From Gemmatimonadaceae bacterium (GTDB lineage: Bacteria > Gemmatimonadota > Gemmatimonadetes > Gemmatimonadales > Gemmatimonadaceae): DNA of 64,000 bases. Shown here in pieces: positions 9,032 through 18,964 of the stretch (the stretch's first letter is position 1; each line of letters begins with the position of its first letter). The stretch spans positions 32,001-96,000 of the forward strand of contig JBJMOW010000001.1 of NCBI GenBank assembly GCA_045803545.1. Reading direction: 5' to 3'. Both the position numbers and the translations under genes were made by a program. The notes under the pieces are model-generated. The model did not search any database and was not told the DNA's origin. It saw nothing but the letters and a program-made list of their open reading frames with translations.

Positions 9032-10075
9032 TCAGACGACTTCGATCGCAACGTCTCCCCGATGAATGACCTCCCCCACGAGTACCGCGCCTTCGACGCG
9101 TGAAAGATAGTCACCAGCGCGACCCGGACTCATGGCGACGAGCAGACCGCCCGAGGTCTGCGGGTCGAACAACAGCGCACGTTCGACGTCGTCGCCGGCG
9201 TTCCAGTGAACGAGCTCTCGCAGATACTCACCGTTCCGCTTTCCACCGTCGGTGACGATGCCCGACGTTGCCGCTTCGCGCGCGCCGGGCAGTACTGGAA
9301 CGGCTGCGAGATCAATCGTCAGGGTGACCTTGCTCGCCCGCGCGATGTGCGAGGCATGGCCAAGCAATCCGAAACCAGTGATGTCCGTTGCGCACCGCGA
9401 GCCAATCGCGAGCGCAGCTCGACTCGCTTTGCCATTGAGCTCTTTCATGCGCTCCAGCATCACGCGCTGTGATTCCGCCGCAAGCTTACCTCGCTTGGAC
9501 GCCGTCGCGAGAATTCCGTTTCCGATTGGTTTGGTGAGCACGAGTTTGTCACCAGCTTTCGCACCGGCATTGGTGAGAAGAAAATCAGGGTGTGCGCGTC
9601 CAGTGACGGCCAGGCCGTACTTCAGCTCAGTGTCAATGACTGTATGCCCGCCAACGATGAGCCCACCGGCTTCGTGCACTTTCTCCTGCCCGCCCGCAAG
9701 AATTGCGGTCAGTACGTCCAGCGGCAGATCCCTGGTTGGAAACGCGACGATGTTCAACGCAGTAAGCGGCTGTCCGCCCATTGCGTAGACATCGGACAAT
9801 GCATTCGCAGCGGCGACCTGGCCGAAATCGAACGGGTCGTCCACAATGGGCGCGAAAAAATCCACCGTCTGCACGAGGGCAAGATCGTCGGACAGTCGAA
9901 AGACCCCGGCGTCGTCGAAGGTCTCGCGACCTACGAGCAGGCGTGGATCGTTCTTTACTGGGAGCGCGGCCAGCGCGCGGGAAAGGTCACCCGGACCCAT
10001 TTTTGACGCTCAACCCGCGCACTGCGCGAATTCGGTCAACCGAAACAACTCCTCGCGTGTGTGGGATGCGTTCAT
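9032..10075 (-). CDS. selD: Selenide, water dikinase, selenocysteine-containing (UGA at 10010-10012), 347 aa
   Basis: ATG 10075 reads MNASHTREELFRLTEFAQCAG(U)ASKMGPGDL in frame with the ORF-track protein; DDAGV, QTVDFF, ANALSDVYAMGG, TDITGFGLLGH, DPQTSGGLL. Confidence 0.95.
9976..10009 (-). promoter_or_regulatory. Bacterial SECIS-like hairpin in selD
   Basis: After UGA: AA(U)GGGUC-CGGGU-GACCUUU; the G-containing apical loop starts 16 nt after the UGA. Confidence 0.7.
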
Positions 10076-10085
10076 GTCGGAACCG

Positions 10086-10475
10086 CTATTTGCTTCCCAA
10101 AGCGGCGATGGCGTCGATCTCTACCATGGCACCTCTGGGAAGCGCCGTCACCTGCACCGTCGAGCGGGCGGGGCGCGCGTCACCGAGCCACTTTCCATAA
10201 ACCTCGTTCACCGTCGGGAAGTTCGAGAGGTCGTGAAGATAGACCGTCGTTTTGACGACGTCGTTCCACGTGACACCGGCGGAGCGCAAAACTTCCTGCA
10301 GGTTCTGCATTACGCGCTCCGTCTGCTCGACGATCCCCCCTTCAACCATTTTGCCGCTGGTCGGATCCAGCGGAATCTGTCCGGCCGTAAAAAGGAAACC
10401 ATTGGCGACGATGCCCTGCGAGTACGGACCGATCGCCGACGGCGCTTTCTCAGTACTGATCTTCTTCGAAGGCAT
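10086..10475 (-). CDS. ridA: RidA/YjgF family enamine deaminase
   Basis: APSAIGPYSQG, AGQIP, PARSTVQVTALPRGAMVEID. Confidence 0.92.
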   Translation of the reverse strand: MPSKKISTEKAPSAIGPYSQGIVANGFLFTAGQIPLDPTSGKMVEGGIVEQTERVMQNLQEVLRSAGVTWNDVVKTTVYLHDLSNFPTVNEVYGKWLGDARPARSTVQVTALPRGAMVEIDAIAALGSK

Positions 10476-10524
10476 CAACGCTCCGATGATTGTGCGCGAG
10501 AGGTCACTAGAGCGCGAATGTTAC

Positions 10525-11334
10525 TCACTGCGCCGCGTCGAAAGCCAGTCCAAAAAGGTGGTGTGCGTTGGTCGCAGTTGCCTCTCCTAGAGCGATCGGA
10601 TCCTCCGCCCGAGCGGTCGCCAGGCGGACAATGGTGTGTGTCACCCACGCCGGTTCGTTACGCTTCCCGCGAAACGGAACGGGCGCCAGATACGGCGAGT
10701 CCGATTCAACCAGCAGCCTGTCACTCGGCACCAATTTCAGCAGCGCATCGTCTGTCCATTTCTTGAAAGTGATGATGCCACTGAATGAGACGTACCACCC
10801 GGCGTCGATTGCAAATTCCGCGAGCGCCGCACTTCCGGTATAGCAGTGCAGGACGCCGTGTACACCAGCGGTTCGCGCTTCTCGAAGTATCGCTCTTGTA
10901 TCGTCCTCGGCGTCGCGAGTGTGGACGACGACTGGCTTGCCTGTTTCCTGGGCCAGCTTTATCTGCGCCGAGAACGCTGCCCGCTGTTCAGCGCGAGGCG
11001 AATTGTCGTAATGATAGTCGAGACCACACTCGCCGATGGCGACGGCTTCGCGGAGCAGCGAGCGCAGTATCGGAATATCACGCGCGGCGTCGAATCCGGC
11101 GGCGTCGTGGGGATGGATACCGGCAGTGGCGAAGACGAAGCCGGGATTCTCCAGGGCGATCTCGCCGGCGACCTTGGCGGCCGCCAGCGACTCACCGATG
11201 CAGACGATGGCAGCCGCGCCCGCATCGCGGGCGCGGGAGATTACGTCGTCGCGGTCGCCGTCGAACGCCGCGTCCGCGAGGTGGGCGTGGCTGTCGACGA
11301 AGATGGGCGGATGCCGCCCGTCTGACGCGGCCAT
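10525..11334 (-). CDS. tatD: TatD family nuclease/hydrolase
   Basis: DSHAH, GIHPH, IGECGLDY, HTR, HCY, ESDSPYLAP, KRNEP. Confidence 0.93.
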   Translation of the reverse strand: MAASDGRHPPIFVDSHAHLADAAFDGDRDDVISRARDAGAAAIVCIGESLAAAKVAGEIALENPGFVFATAGIHPHDAAGFDAARDIPILRSLLREAVAIGECGLDYHYDNSPRAEQRAAFSAQIKLAQETGKPVVVHTRDAEDDTRAILREARTAGVHGVLHCYTGSAALAEFAIDAGWYVSFSGIITFKKWTDDALLKLVPSDRLLVESDSPYLAPVPFRGKRNEPAWVTHTIVRLATARAEDPIALGEATATNAHHLFGLAFDAAQ

Positions 11335-12233
11335 TTGCGTTCGATCCAGAGGAGTACCGGCGCTGCTACGTAGATGGAGCTGAAAGTTCCGGTAACAATA
11401 CCGAACGCCATCACCCAGGCGAAGGGGCGAATGACCTCACCAGCGAAGAACAACAGCGCGAGCGTGGCCGCAAACGTGGTGACGTGAGTCAACACCGAAC
11501 GCGGCAAGGTCTCGTTGATCGACCGGTTGAGCGTGTCGTACAGGCTTTCCTTCCGGCCCTTGCGCAGGTTCTCGCGCACACGATCGAAGATGATGATGGT
11601 GTCGTTCAAGGAGTAGCCAAGCACCGTCAGCAGACCCGCGACGACGGTCAGGGAGATCTCCAAATGCATCAACTTGAGGAATGCGATCGTCGTGAACACG
11701 TCATGGCTGGTGGCGATGACAGCGGCAAGAGCGAAGCGCCATTCGAAACGGATCGACAGATAAACGAGTGTGATCAGGAACGAGAGCAGGATCGCGATGA
11801 CCGCGCCCCGCTTGAGCTCGGATCCGACGCGGGGGCCGACCGCCTCGGTGCGCACCACTTTCACATCGTTGGCGCCGAAGCGCTGCTGGAGCACCCCCGT
11901 GATTTTTTGAGCGATGGTCTGTGCTCCATTGGCTTGAGCGGCAACCTGTGACTCCTCCTGAGCGCGGACGGTAAAGTCACGGTTTGTACCGAACTGTTGA
12001 ATTTCGGCACCGCGAATACCGGCGTTGTCGAGCGCGGACCGGATCTGGGCAACATCAGGTGGAGTTGCGAATTGCAGCTGCATCAGCGTGCCGCCAGTGA
12101 ACTCGATGCTGTAGTTCGGTGGCTTGATCGCGAGAGAGCCAAGGCCGAGAAGGATGAACGCGATCGTGATCGCGGCCATCACTTTCCACCAGCGGATGAA
12201 ATCGTATGTGGTGTCGTGAAGAATGCGAAGCAT
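11241..12233 (-). CDS. secF: Protein translocase subunit SecF
   Basis: IEFTGGT, VGPRVGSEL, GYSLNDTIIIFDRVRE, GTFSSIYVA. Confidence 0.96.
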   Translation of the reverse strand: MLRILHDTTYDFIRWWKVMAAITIAFILLGLGSLAIKPPNYSIEFTGGTLMQLQFATPPDVAQIRSALDNAGIRGAEIQQFGTNRDFTVRAQEESQVAAQANGAQTIAQKITGVLQQRFGANDVKVVRTEAVGPRVGSELKRGAVIAILLSFLITLVYLSIRFEWRFALAAVIATSHDVFTTIAFLKLMHLEISLTVVAGLLTVLGYSLNDTIIIFDRVRENLRKGRKESLYDTLNRSINETLPRSVLTHVTTFAATLALLFFAGEVIRPFAWVMAFGIVTGTFSSIYVAAPVLLWIERKWPRQTGGIRPSSSTATPTSRTRRSTATATT

Positions 12234-13897
12234 TAGATGCTCAGAGTTGTCTGGGCTTCGCGCGTGCGATCGAGCCAGATCATGTAGAAGGTGCGGACGA
12301 CGAAGATCGCGGTAATCATTGAGGCTGCGATACCCGCCAGCAGTGTGACGGCGAATCCGCGCACTGGACCAGTACCGTACTGATAAAGCACCGCCGCAGT
12401 CAGCGCGGTTGCGACGTTGGAGTCGACGATCGCGCTCATCGCGTGGCGGAAGCCTTCATCGATCGCGGTGCGGACCGTTTTGCCGTGCGCGAGCTCTTCG
12501 CGAATGCGCTCGAAGATCAGCACGTTCGCATCCACCGCAATACCGATCGAGAGCACGAAGCCGGCAATCCCCGGCAACGTAAGCACCGCGCCAAATCCAG
12601 CCAGCGCGGCAAGCGTGTACAGGATGTAAAGCGCGAGGGCCGCAACCGCGAGCGCGCCCGAGAACCGGTAGTAGCCAAGCATTACAACCACCACCAGCAC
12701 GATCGCGATGATGCCCGCCGTAATTCCCTTGTGAATCGAGTCTTTGCCGAGGCTGGCCCCGATCTGATGGAAATCAGTGACCTTGAGCGGGACCGGGAGC
12801 GAGCCCGCGCGCAGCACCAGCGCCAGATCCTGAGCCGCCTGCAGATCCCTGCCGCCCATGGTGATCTGTCCGCGTTGGCCAATCGCGTTCTGAATGACCG
12901 GCGGATGTCCCATCACTCGATCGTCGAGTACAATCGCCATGAAGTCCTTGACGTGCCTGGCGGTCTCGGTGCGGAAACGACGCGCGCCTTCGTTGTTCAG
13001 CGTGAACTCAACGATGTTGCCTTCGGTCGGAGACGTATTGGGCTTGGCGTCGGTGAGGTACTCACCGGTAATAATGGGCTTCGCATCGAGCACGTAGAAC
13101 GGACGGTAAACGCGATTACCCAGCGAAAGCGTGTCACTGCTCCAGCGAACAACCTTGCCTGGCGGAAGCGCGTCCTGGATCTGGGGTAGCGCGAGATACT
13201 GCGTGACGGTATTCACATCGGTCTCGGCGACGTAGTACTCGCCCGGCATTGAGCCCTGCTGAACCAGCTTCGTGAAAGCTCCCGGCCCGCCAATCGTAGC
13301 GGCAGCAGCTGCGGTCGTATCCTTTTTGGTGGAATCGGCTTTCTTCGACGTATCCGTAGAAAAAAGATTCTGCAAGCCTGCGTTCCCTGTATCCGTTTTT
13401 GCCGTAGCTGTGCCCGCGTTGGAAGCAACGGTGACCTTGGCGTCCTTCAATAACGCGTCGAGTCGCGGCAGCGTTTTTTCGAGAGCCTGGGTCTTGTCGG
13501 TGATCTGGAACTGCAGGAATGCTGATTTCTGAACGACATCCTGCGCGCGTTGCGGATCGTCGATGCCCGGGAGCTCAACGATGATTCGGTCGCTACCAAC
13601 TTTCTGGACGACGGGCTCTGAAACGCCAAACTCGTCGATGCGGTTGCGAACGACTTTCAGCGCATTATCGATTGCCTTCGCTTTGTCGGGGACAGCTCCT
13701 TTGGACTCGTCAACCTCAAGCCTCAGGTGCATTCCGCCTTGCAGGTCCAGTCCGCGCTTGAGCGGTACCCGGCTGACCGTGTCGTAAACGTAGACGCCGT
13801 TGCGTTGCACGCGCTCGACCACGGTGCGCGGAAAAAGAAACCATCCCGACAGCGCGATCAAGCCGAGAATTATGGCGATCCTGACCTTCAAACTCAT
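12233..13897 (-). CDS. secD: Protein translocase subunit SecD
   Basis: [42 protein letters not shown]. Confidence 0.97.
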   Translation of the reverse strand: MSLKVRIAIILGLIALSGWFLFPRTVVERVQRNGVYVYDTVSRVPLKRGLDLQGGMHLRLEVDESKGAVPDKAKAIDNALKVVRNRIDEFGVSEPVVQKVGSDRIIVELPGIDDPQRAQDVVQKSAFLQFQITDKTQALEKTLPRLDALLKDAKVTVASNAGTATAKTDTGNAGLQNLFSTDTSKKADSTKKDTTAAAAATIGGPGAFTKLVQQGSMPGEYYVAETDVNTVTQYLALPQIQDALPPGKVVRWSSDTLSLGNRVYRPFYVLDAKPIITGEYLTDAKPNTSPTEGNIVEFTLNNEGARRFRTETARHVKDFMAIVLDDRVMGHPPVIQNAIGQRGQITMGGRDLQAAQDLALVLRAGSLPVPLKVTDFHQIGASLGKDSIHKGITAGIIAIVLVVVVMLGYYRFSGALAVAALALYILYTLAALAGFGAVLTLPGIAGFVLSIGIAVDANVLIFERIREELAHGKTVRTAIDEGFRHAMSAIVDSNVATALTAAVLYQYGTGPVRGFAVTLLAGIAASMITAIFVVRTFYMIWLDRTREAQTTLSI

Positions 13898-13952
13898 CGT
13901 GACTTAAAGAAGAAGTTACAGTTCGAGACTAGCCTGTAAGGTTACCGGCGCT

Positions 13953-14894
13953 CTACTGGAGAGTCAACGCATTTCTTGCATCGCGCTCGTCGTGCGCGAG
14001 CTGATTTGTCAGCTGTTCTACCGAAGCAAACTTCCGCGTTTCCCGCAGGTGCGCGACGAAATCAACTCGCACCCGCTCGTCATACAGATCACCGGTCTTA
14101 TCGAACAGGTGCACTTCCAGCGAAGTCGCGGAATCACCGAACGTCGGACGCGGGCCGAGATTCATCATTCCGCCGTATGGACCGCTGGGAGTCTGCACCC
14201 GCACCGCATATACACCTTCGGGCGGCAGAAGCTTCCGCGGACGAGGTGGACCAAGGTTAATGGTTGGAAACCCTATGGTGCGCCCACGCTGAGTGCCGGG
14301 CACAACCTTACCGCTAACCGAATACGATCTGCCCAACGCTTCGGCAGCGCGAACCAGGTCGCCGCCGGCGATCGCTCGCCGAATCGACGTCGACGACACG
14401 GACAACCCTTCAGCGGTGGACACTGGTTCCACCACGTCGACCTTGAAACCATCGCGCTCACCGAGCTGCTTGAGCACACCGACATTTCCGGCGCGCTGGC
14501 GACCGAAGCCGTGGTCGTACCCAATCAGCAGCTCGCGCAACCGAAAGCACCGGCGCAGCACCAGCTCGACGAACTCTTCGGCCGAGTAGGCCGCGAGTGA
14601 TGCTGTGAACGGGATCACTGCCACATAGTCGAGTCCCGTTTCGGCGAGTACCTCGAGCTTCTCGTCGTGCAGCGTGAGCAGCAGAGGCGCGGCGGCCGGA
14701 TTGACGACCTCGAGCGGATGGGGCTCGAACGTAACCAACACACTCGGCACGCTCAGGTCCTGTGCCCGACGCACCAGCCGCTCGATTACATCGCGGTGAC
14801 CGCGGTGAACGCCGTCGAATGTGCCAACCGTGACGACTGTCGCGCCGACGTGGGGTGGCAGACCTGACGCGTCCAGATCGAGACGCTCAGGCAT
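13953..14894 (-). CDS. ribF: Bifunctional riboflavin kinase/FAD synthetase
   Basis: GTFDGVHRGH, TFEPHP, GRTIGFPTIN, RPTF, LEVH. Confidence 0.95.
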   Translation of the reverse strand: MPERLDLDASGLPPHVGATVVTVGTFDGVHRGHRDVIERLVRRAQDLSVPSVLVTFEPHPLEVVNPAAAPLLLTLHDEKLEVLAETGLDYVAVIPFTASLAAYSAEEFVELVLRRCFRLRELLIGYDHGFGRQRAGNVGVLKQLGERDGFKVDVVEPVSTAEGLSVSSTSIRRAIAGGDLVRAAEALGRSYSVSGKVVPGTQRGRTIGFPTINLGPPRPRKLLPPEGVYAVRVQTPSGPYGGMMNLGPRPTFGDSATSLEVHLFDKTGDLYDERVRVDFVAHLRETRKFASVEQLTNQLAHDERDARNALTLQ

Positions 14895-15621
14895 CGGCGA
14901 TGACACGCAACCACTTCACTCGCGCCGGATCTTTGGAAAGAGTTTCCAGAGTGGCGGCTTGAGCGACGTCGAAGTGGCCGGCGCGTGTCCGACGCAACGC
15001 CGAGAGATGCGCGGCAGACGATGTCAGACGGCCAAGGTCGCGAGCGAGTGCACGAATGTAAGTGCCGCCACTGCACGTTATCACCGCCGACAATCTTCCA
15101 TCGGTGTAAGGCCCGAGTTGCCATGAGTGAACGGTGACGTCGACGGCAGGAAGATCGAGCGGGTCGCCCCGACGGGCAGCATCGTAGGCCCGTGTTCCGT
15201 CGACACTCTTCGCAGAGTACGCGGGGGGAACCTGCGAGACCGCACCGCTGAGATTTGAAATGGCGCGTTTAACGAGCGCCTCGGTCGGCGCATCGGCGGT
15301 CCGGATCACGGTTCCGGTGGCATCATCGGTGTCAGTCTCTTCTCCGAAACTGATCACCGCCTCGTAAACCTTCGGCTCGGCGTCGATGAACGTCGCCAGG
15401 CGGGTAGCGCGGCCGAGCAGGAGAATCAGAAGGCCGGTTGCAAAAGGATCGAGCGTTCCCAGATGGCCGATGCTGCGTTCGCCATAAACGCGTCGTACAC
15501 GCTGAACAACGTCGTGCGACGTCATGCCCGCAGGCTTGTCGATCAGCAACAATCCCTGAACCGGCCCGTTCCGCGTTTCGAGCGCGTCAGTCCTCTTCTC
15601 GTCCACGCGCTGCCGCATCAT
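14887..15621 (-). CDS. truB: tRNA pseudouridine(55) synthase
   Basis: DKPAGMTSHD, GHLGTLDPFATG, QVPPAYSAK, GTYIRALARD. Confidence 0.95.
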   Translation of the reverse strand: MMRQRVDEKRTDALETRNGPVQGLLLIDKPAGMTSHDVVQRVRRVYGERSIGHLGTLDPFATGLLILLLGRATRLATFIDAEPKVYEAVISFGEETDTDDATGTVIRTADAPTEALVKRAISNLSGAVSQVPPAYSAKSVDGTRAYDAARRGDPLDLPAVDVTVHSWQLGPYTDGRLSAVITCSGGTYIRALARDLGRLTSSAAHLSALRRTRAGHFDVAQAATLETLSKDPARVKWLRVIADA

Positions 15622-15970
15622 CCTGCCTTTTGACGTCCGCGAGCAACGACTCTATCCGCGCCGCGCGCGCGATGGTGTCGTCTTCCTTGAACTGAATCTC
15701 GGGTGCGACGCGGAGTCGCAGCTGACGCGCGAGGTGTGAGCGGAGGTGCGAGGCGATGCTGTCCAGACCGTCAAACGTCGCCTGCTTTTCGCTGTCGCTG
15801 CCGAGCACGCTGACGTAGACGCGAGCATGGCGGAGATCGGGCGTGACTTCGGCGGCTGTCACCGTCACGAAGCCAACGATCCGTGGATCCTTTGCCGATT
15901 CGGTCAGGAAGGTCGCTACCTCGACGCGGATCGCTTCGGCGACGCGGTCCGCTCGACGCGTATTACGCAG
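15587..15970 (-). CDS. rbfA: Ribosome-binding factor A (no ATG/GTG/TTG before the conserved N-terminus; CTG start proposed)
   Basis: RRADRVAEAIRVEVATFL..KDPRI..VTVT..DLRHARVYVS..LRVAPEIQF.D; lies between infB and truB. Confidence 0.9.
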   Translation of the reverse strand: MRNTRRADRVAEAIRVEVATFLTESAKDPRIVGFVTVTAAEVTPDLRHARVYVSVLGSDSEKQATFDGLDSIASHLRSHLARQLRLRVAPEIQFKEDDTIARAARIESLLADVKRQDDAAARGREED

Positions 15971-18617
15971 ACGCGCCCGCCGCTGAAGTCAGGGTACGAG
16001 CAACCTGCTCCTTCCGATAACACTCGAGCACATCTCCAACCTTAAGGTCGTTGAAGTTCTCGACGCCGATGCCGCACTCGAAGCCTTCACGCACTTCTTT
16101 GACATCGTCCTTGAAGCGGCGCAAAGAGCCGATATTGCCATCGTAAAGCTCGATACTATCGCGAATGACGCGAATGCGGCCCTGCCGATTGATCACACCG
16201 CTCCGCACGGAGCAGCCGGCGATGACGCCCATGCGCGGGACCTTGAACAGCTCGCGCACTTCCGCCTCCCCGAGCACGACTTCTTTCTCTTCCGGCCGCA
16301 GCATGCCTTCCAGCGCGGCGCGGACGTCCTCGATCGCTTCGTAGATGATCTTGTAAAGCTTGATCTCCACGCCTTCGCGCTCCGCGGCGGCACGCGCGTT
16401 GTTGTCCGGCCGCACGTGGAACCCGACGATGATCGCGCCGGAGGCTCGAGCCAGCAGAATGTCACTCTCCGTAATCGCACCGACACCGCGATGAATTACA
16501 TCGACTGACACCTCGTCGTTCGACAACTGAGCGAGTGCGTCGGCGAGTGCTTCGGCCGGTCCACCCTGGTCCGCCTTGATGACTATGCGCAGCGTGCGCT
16601 TCTGGCCTGGTGCCGTCTGCGACATGAAGTCTTCGAGCGACACGACGCCTTTGGCGGTACGACGGCTCTTCGCCTCGCGATCGAGCCGCTGCCGACGCTG
16701 AGCAATTTCGCGCGACTCGATCGCATCCTCGACGACGACAAACTGATCGCCGGCGACCGGTACGCCACCGATACCGAGGACTTGAGCCGGGATCGCCGGA
16801 CCAGCCTCCTTCACGTTGCGACCACGCTCATCGAGCAACGCGCGCACGCGACCGGAGTACATGCCGCAAATGAAGTCATCGCCCACGTGCAGCGTGCCGT
16901 TCTGGACGAGAATCGTTGCGACGGGCCCTTTGCCCGGATCGAGCTGGGCTTCGACCACCGCTCCGGCAGCGGCGCGGTTCGGATTGGCCTTGAGATCGAG
17001 GATTTCAGCCTGCAGGAGAAGCTGATCCAGCAGCCCCTGGATGTTCGTTCCCTTCTTAGCGGACACCTCACTCGACAGAACGGTGCCGCCGAACTCCTCG
17101 AGCACGACGCCGTGCTGAAGAAGATCCTGTTTCACCTTCATCGGGTTTGCGCCAGGGAGGTCAATTTTATTGATGGCAACGATCATGGGCACGCCCGCGT
17201 TCTTGGCGTGCGAAATCGCCTCGATGGTCTGCGGCATCACCTGATCGTCTGCTGCGACCACGAGTACGACGATGTCCGTTACTTGCGCACCGCGGGCGCG
17301 CATGGCGGTGAACGCTTCGTGACCCGGCGTGTCGAGGAAGGTGATCGACTTGTCGCCTGGCAACGTGACGTGATACGCGCCGATGTGCTGCGTGATACCA
17401 CCCGACTCGCCCGCCACCACATTCGACTTCCGGATGTAGTCGAGCAACGATGTCTTGCCATGGTCGACGTGTCCCATAATCGTGACCACCGGCGGACGAG
17501 ACTCCAACTGCTCAGCGGTGTCCTCAGTAGGCGTCGTGTTCAGGTCGGCAGCGTACTCCTCTTCCTTCACTGCCTGGAATCCGAACTCACCAGCAATCAA
17601 TTCGATCTGATCGAAGTCCAGGCGCTGGTTGATGGTGATCATCAGGCCAAGATTCTTGAATGCGAAGCCGACGATCTGGACGGCAGGAACCTTGAGGATC
17701 TGCGCCAGCTCGCTGACGGTGATGAACTCGTTGACACGAACTGTCTTCTTCTCGCGCTCGGCCTCTGCCTGGCGCTGAGCGGCAAGCTCTTCGCGCGAGC
17801 CGTCGTCGCGTCGCGCAGGTCCGCGTCTGATCGGACCGCGCATCGAAGCCATCGTCTTACCAATGTTCGCCTGCACCGCTTCCTGATCGACGCCGCGCTT
17901 GCCCTTTTTGCCGCGGCGCGCACCACGATCCTCACCGCGAGGTGCACCACCTCGATCGTCGCGACGGGTCGGAGCGCTTGGAACGCCCGGGGCCGCCGAC
18001 GCAACGGGGCGCGGCGGAGTGAATGGAGCGCCGGTAGCGATGGGCCGAGGGCGCGGCGCACCGGGGACGACGGGTTGCGGGCGTTGACGCTCGCGACTGT
18101 CGGTGCGTTCGCCTCCACTGCTGTGGGTTCCAGCTGAGGGCGGCGGTGCACTCGGCCGCGGCTGCGGAGGAGCGGGTCTGGGCCGCTCGATCACCGCAGC
18201 CTCCGAAGACGCTGCAATCGACGGCGCCGCAGCCGGAGCAACTGGCGGGGACGACGCTGCCGCCTTCGCTTGCGGAGCGGCGCTCACGGGCGGAGGTGTC
18301 GGCTCGGCAGGAGCCTCAGGCATAACGCGACGACGCCGGCGAACGGAACCTTCGGCACTCGGCGCGGGTTCCGCATTCGCTTCTGGTGCCGGAGCGGCAG
18401 TCGCTGCTCCGCGACGACGACGTGCAGTCGCCGGCGGCGCGGCGACACGCGCCCGCTTCTCACGCTCCCAACGGGCGCGAATGCGGGCGACCTGATCGTC
18501 ACTCAACGGGCTTAAATGGCTGCGAACGGGAACGTCCATTTGGCGAAGCAGATTTACTACTTCATCACTGGAGATTCCAAATTCGCTGGCCAGGTCATGC
18601 ACTCGAAGCTTGCTCAA
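15963..18617 (-). CDS. infB: Translation initiation factor IF-2
   Basis: [39 protein letters not shown] start with AAGGAGG RBS. Confidence 0.98.
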   Translation of the reverse strand: MSKLRVHDLASEFGISSDEVVNLLRQMDVPVRSHLSPLSDDQVARIRARWEREKRARVAAPPATARRRRGAATAAPAPEANAEPAPSAEGSVRRRRRVMPEAPAEPTPPPVSAAPQAKAAASSPPVAPAAAPSIAASSEAAVIERPRPAPPQPRPSAPPPSAGTHSSGGERTDSRERQRPQPVVPGAPRPRPIATGAPFTPPRPVASAAPGVPSAPTRRDDRGGAPRGEDRGARRGKKGKRGVDQEAVQANIGKTMASMRGPIRRGPARRDDGSREELAAQRQAEAEREKKTVRVNEFITVSELAQILKVPAVQIVGFAFKNLGLMITINQRLDFDQIELIAGEFGFQAVKEEEYAADLNTTPTEDTAEQLESRPPVVTIMGHVDHGKTSLLDYIRKSNVVAGESGGITQHIGAYHVTLPGDKSITFLDTPGHEAFTAMRARGAQVTDIVVLVVAADDQVMPQTIEAISHAKNAGVPMIVAINKIDLPGANPMKVKQDLLQHGVVLEEFGGTVLSSEVSAKKGTNIQGLLDQLLLQAEILDLKANPNRAAAGAVVEAQLDPGKGPVATILVQNGTLHVGDDFICGMYSGRVRALLDERGRNVKEAGPAIPAQVLGIGGVPVAGDQFVVVEDAIESREIAQRRQRLDREAKSRRTAKGVVSLEDFMSQTAPGQKRTLRIVIKADQGGPAEALADALAQLSNDEVSVDVIHRGVGAITESDILLARASGAIIVGFHVRPDNNARAAAEREGVEIKLYKIIYEAIEDVRAALEGMLRPEEKEVVLGEAEVRELFKVPRMGVIAGCSVRSGVINRQGRIRVIRDSIELYDGNIGSLRRFKDDVKEVREGFECGIGVENFNDLKVGDVLECYRKEQVARTLTSAAGASA

Positions 18618-18961
18618 ACAACATCCTCCTTAACGACTCTCGGCATCGGCTCCGCGCTCAACGCCCGGATTCCTTTTGCCAAACCCTTATCGACAATCCC
18701 GACAACTGCAGTTGTTTCGCGGCCCGCTGCTTCACCAAGCTCGATTGCCGACGGACCGGCGAGAACGGTGATTCCCCGAGCCTGAAGCAGCGGAACGACT
18801 TTATTCAAACTGTTGCTAGAAGCATCGGGTGCCGCAATAGCGAGATGTAGTTTTCCCCGCTTGGCAGCGTCCCGAACTCTTTCCACTCCCACGACGACGC
18901 GCCTGCCCCGCACGCCGAGCCCAATCAGGCTAAGCATTTTGCGTTGCTGGTGCGTGTCCAT
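18614..18961 (-). CDS. L7Ae/L30e family RNA-binding protein (YlxQ-like)
   Basis: LSLIGLGVR..VVVG..DAS..ELGEAAGR; lies between nusA and infB. Confidence 0.85.
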   Translation of the reverse strand: MDTHQQRKMLSLIGLGVRGRRVVVGVERVRDAAKRGKLHLAIAAPDASSNSLNKVVPLLQARGITVLAGPSAIELGEAAGRETTAVVGIVDKGLAKGIRALSAEPMPRVVKEDVV

Positions 18962-18964
18962 TCC

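Noticed and set aside
8980..9114. N-terminal extension of ORF 8344..9114 as given by the track
   Set aside because: It would overlap the selD 3' end and the entire tRNA, and reads as a shadow translation. Only the part from 8979 is plausible.
10010..10012. selD as a pseudogene or an N-terminally truncated gene
   Set aside because: The TGA falls at the catalytic Cys position, has a SECIS-like hairpin, and tRNA-Sec is adjacent.
9846..11951. 306-aa and 388-aa + strand ORFs over selD, ridA, tatD and secF
   Set aside because: Arg-rich, motif-free antisense shadows.
16782..18137. Long + strand ORF (451 aa) antisense to infB
   Set aside because: Shadow ORF caused by GC-rich codon bias; no recognisable motif.
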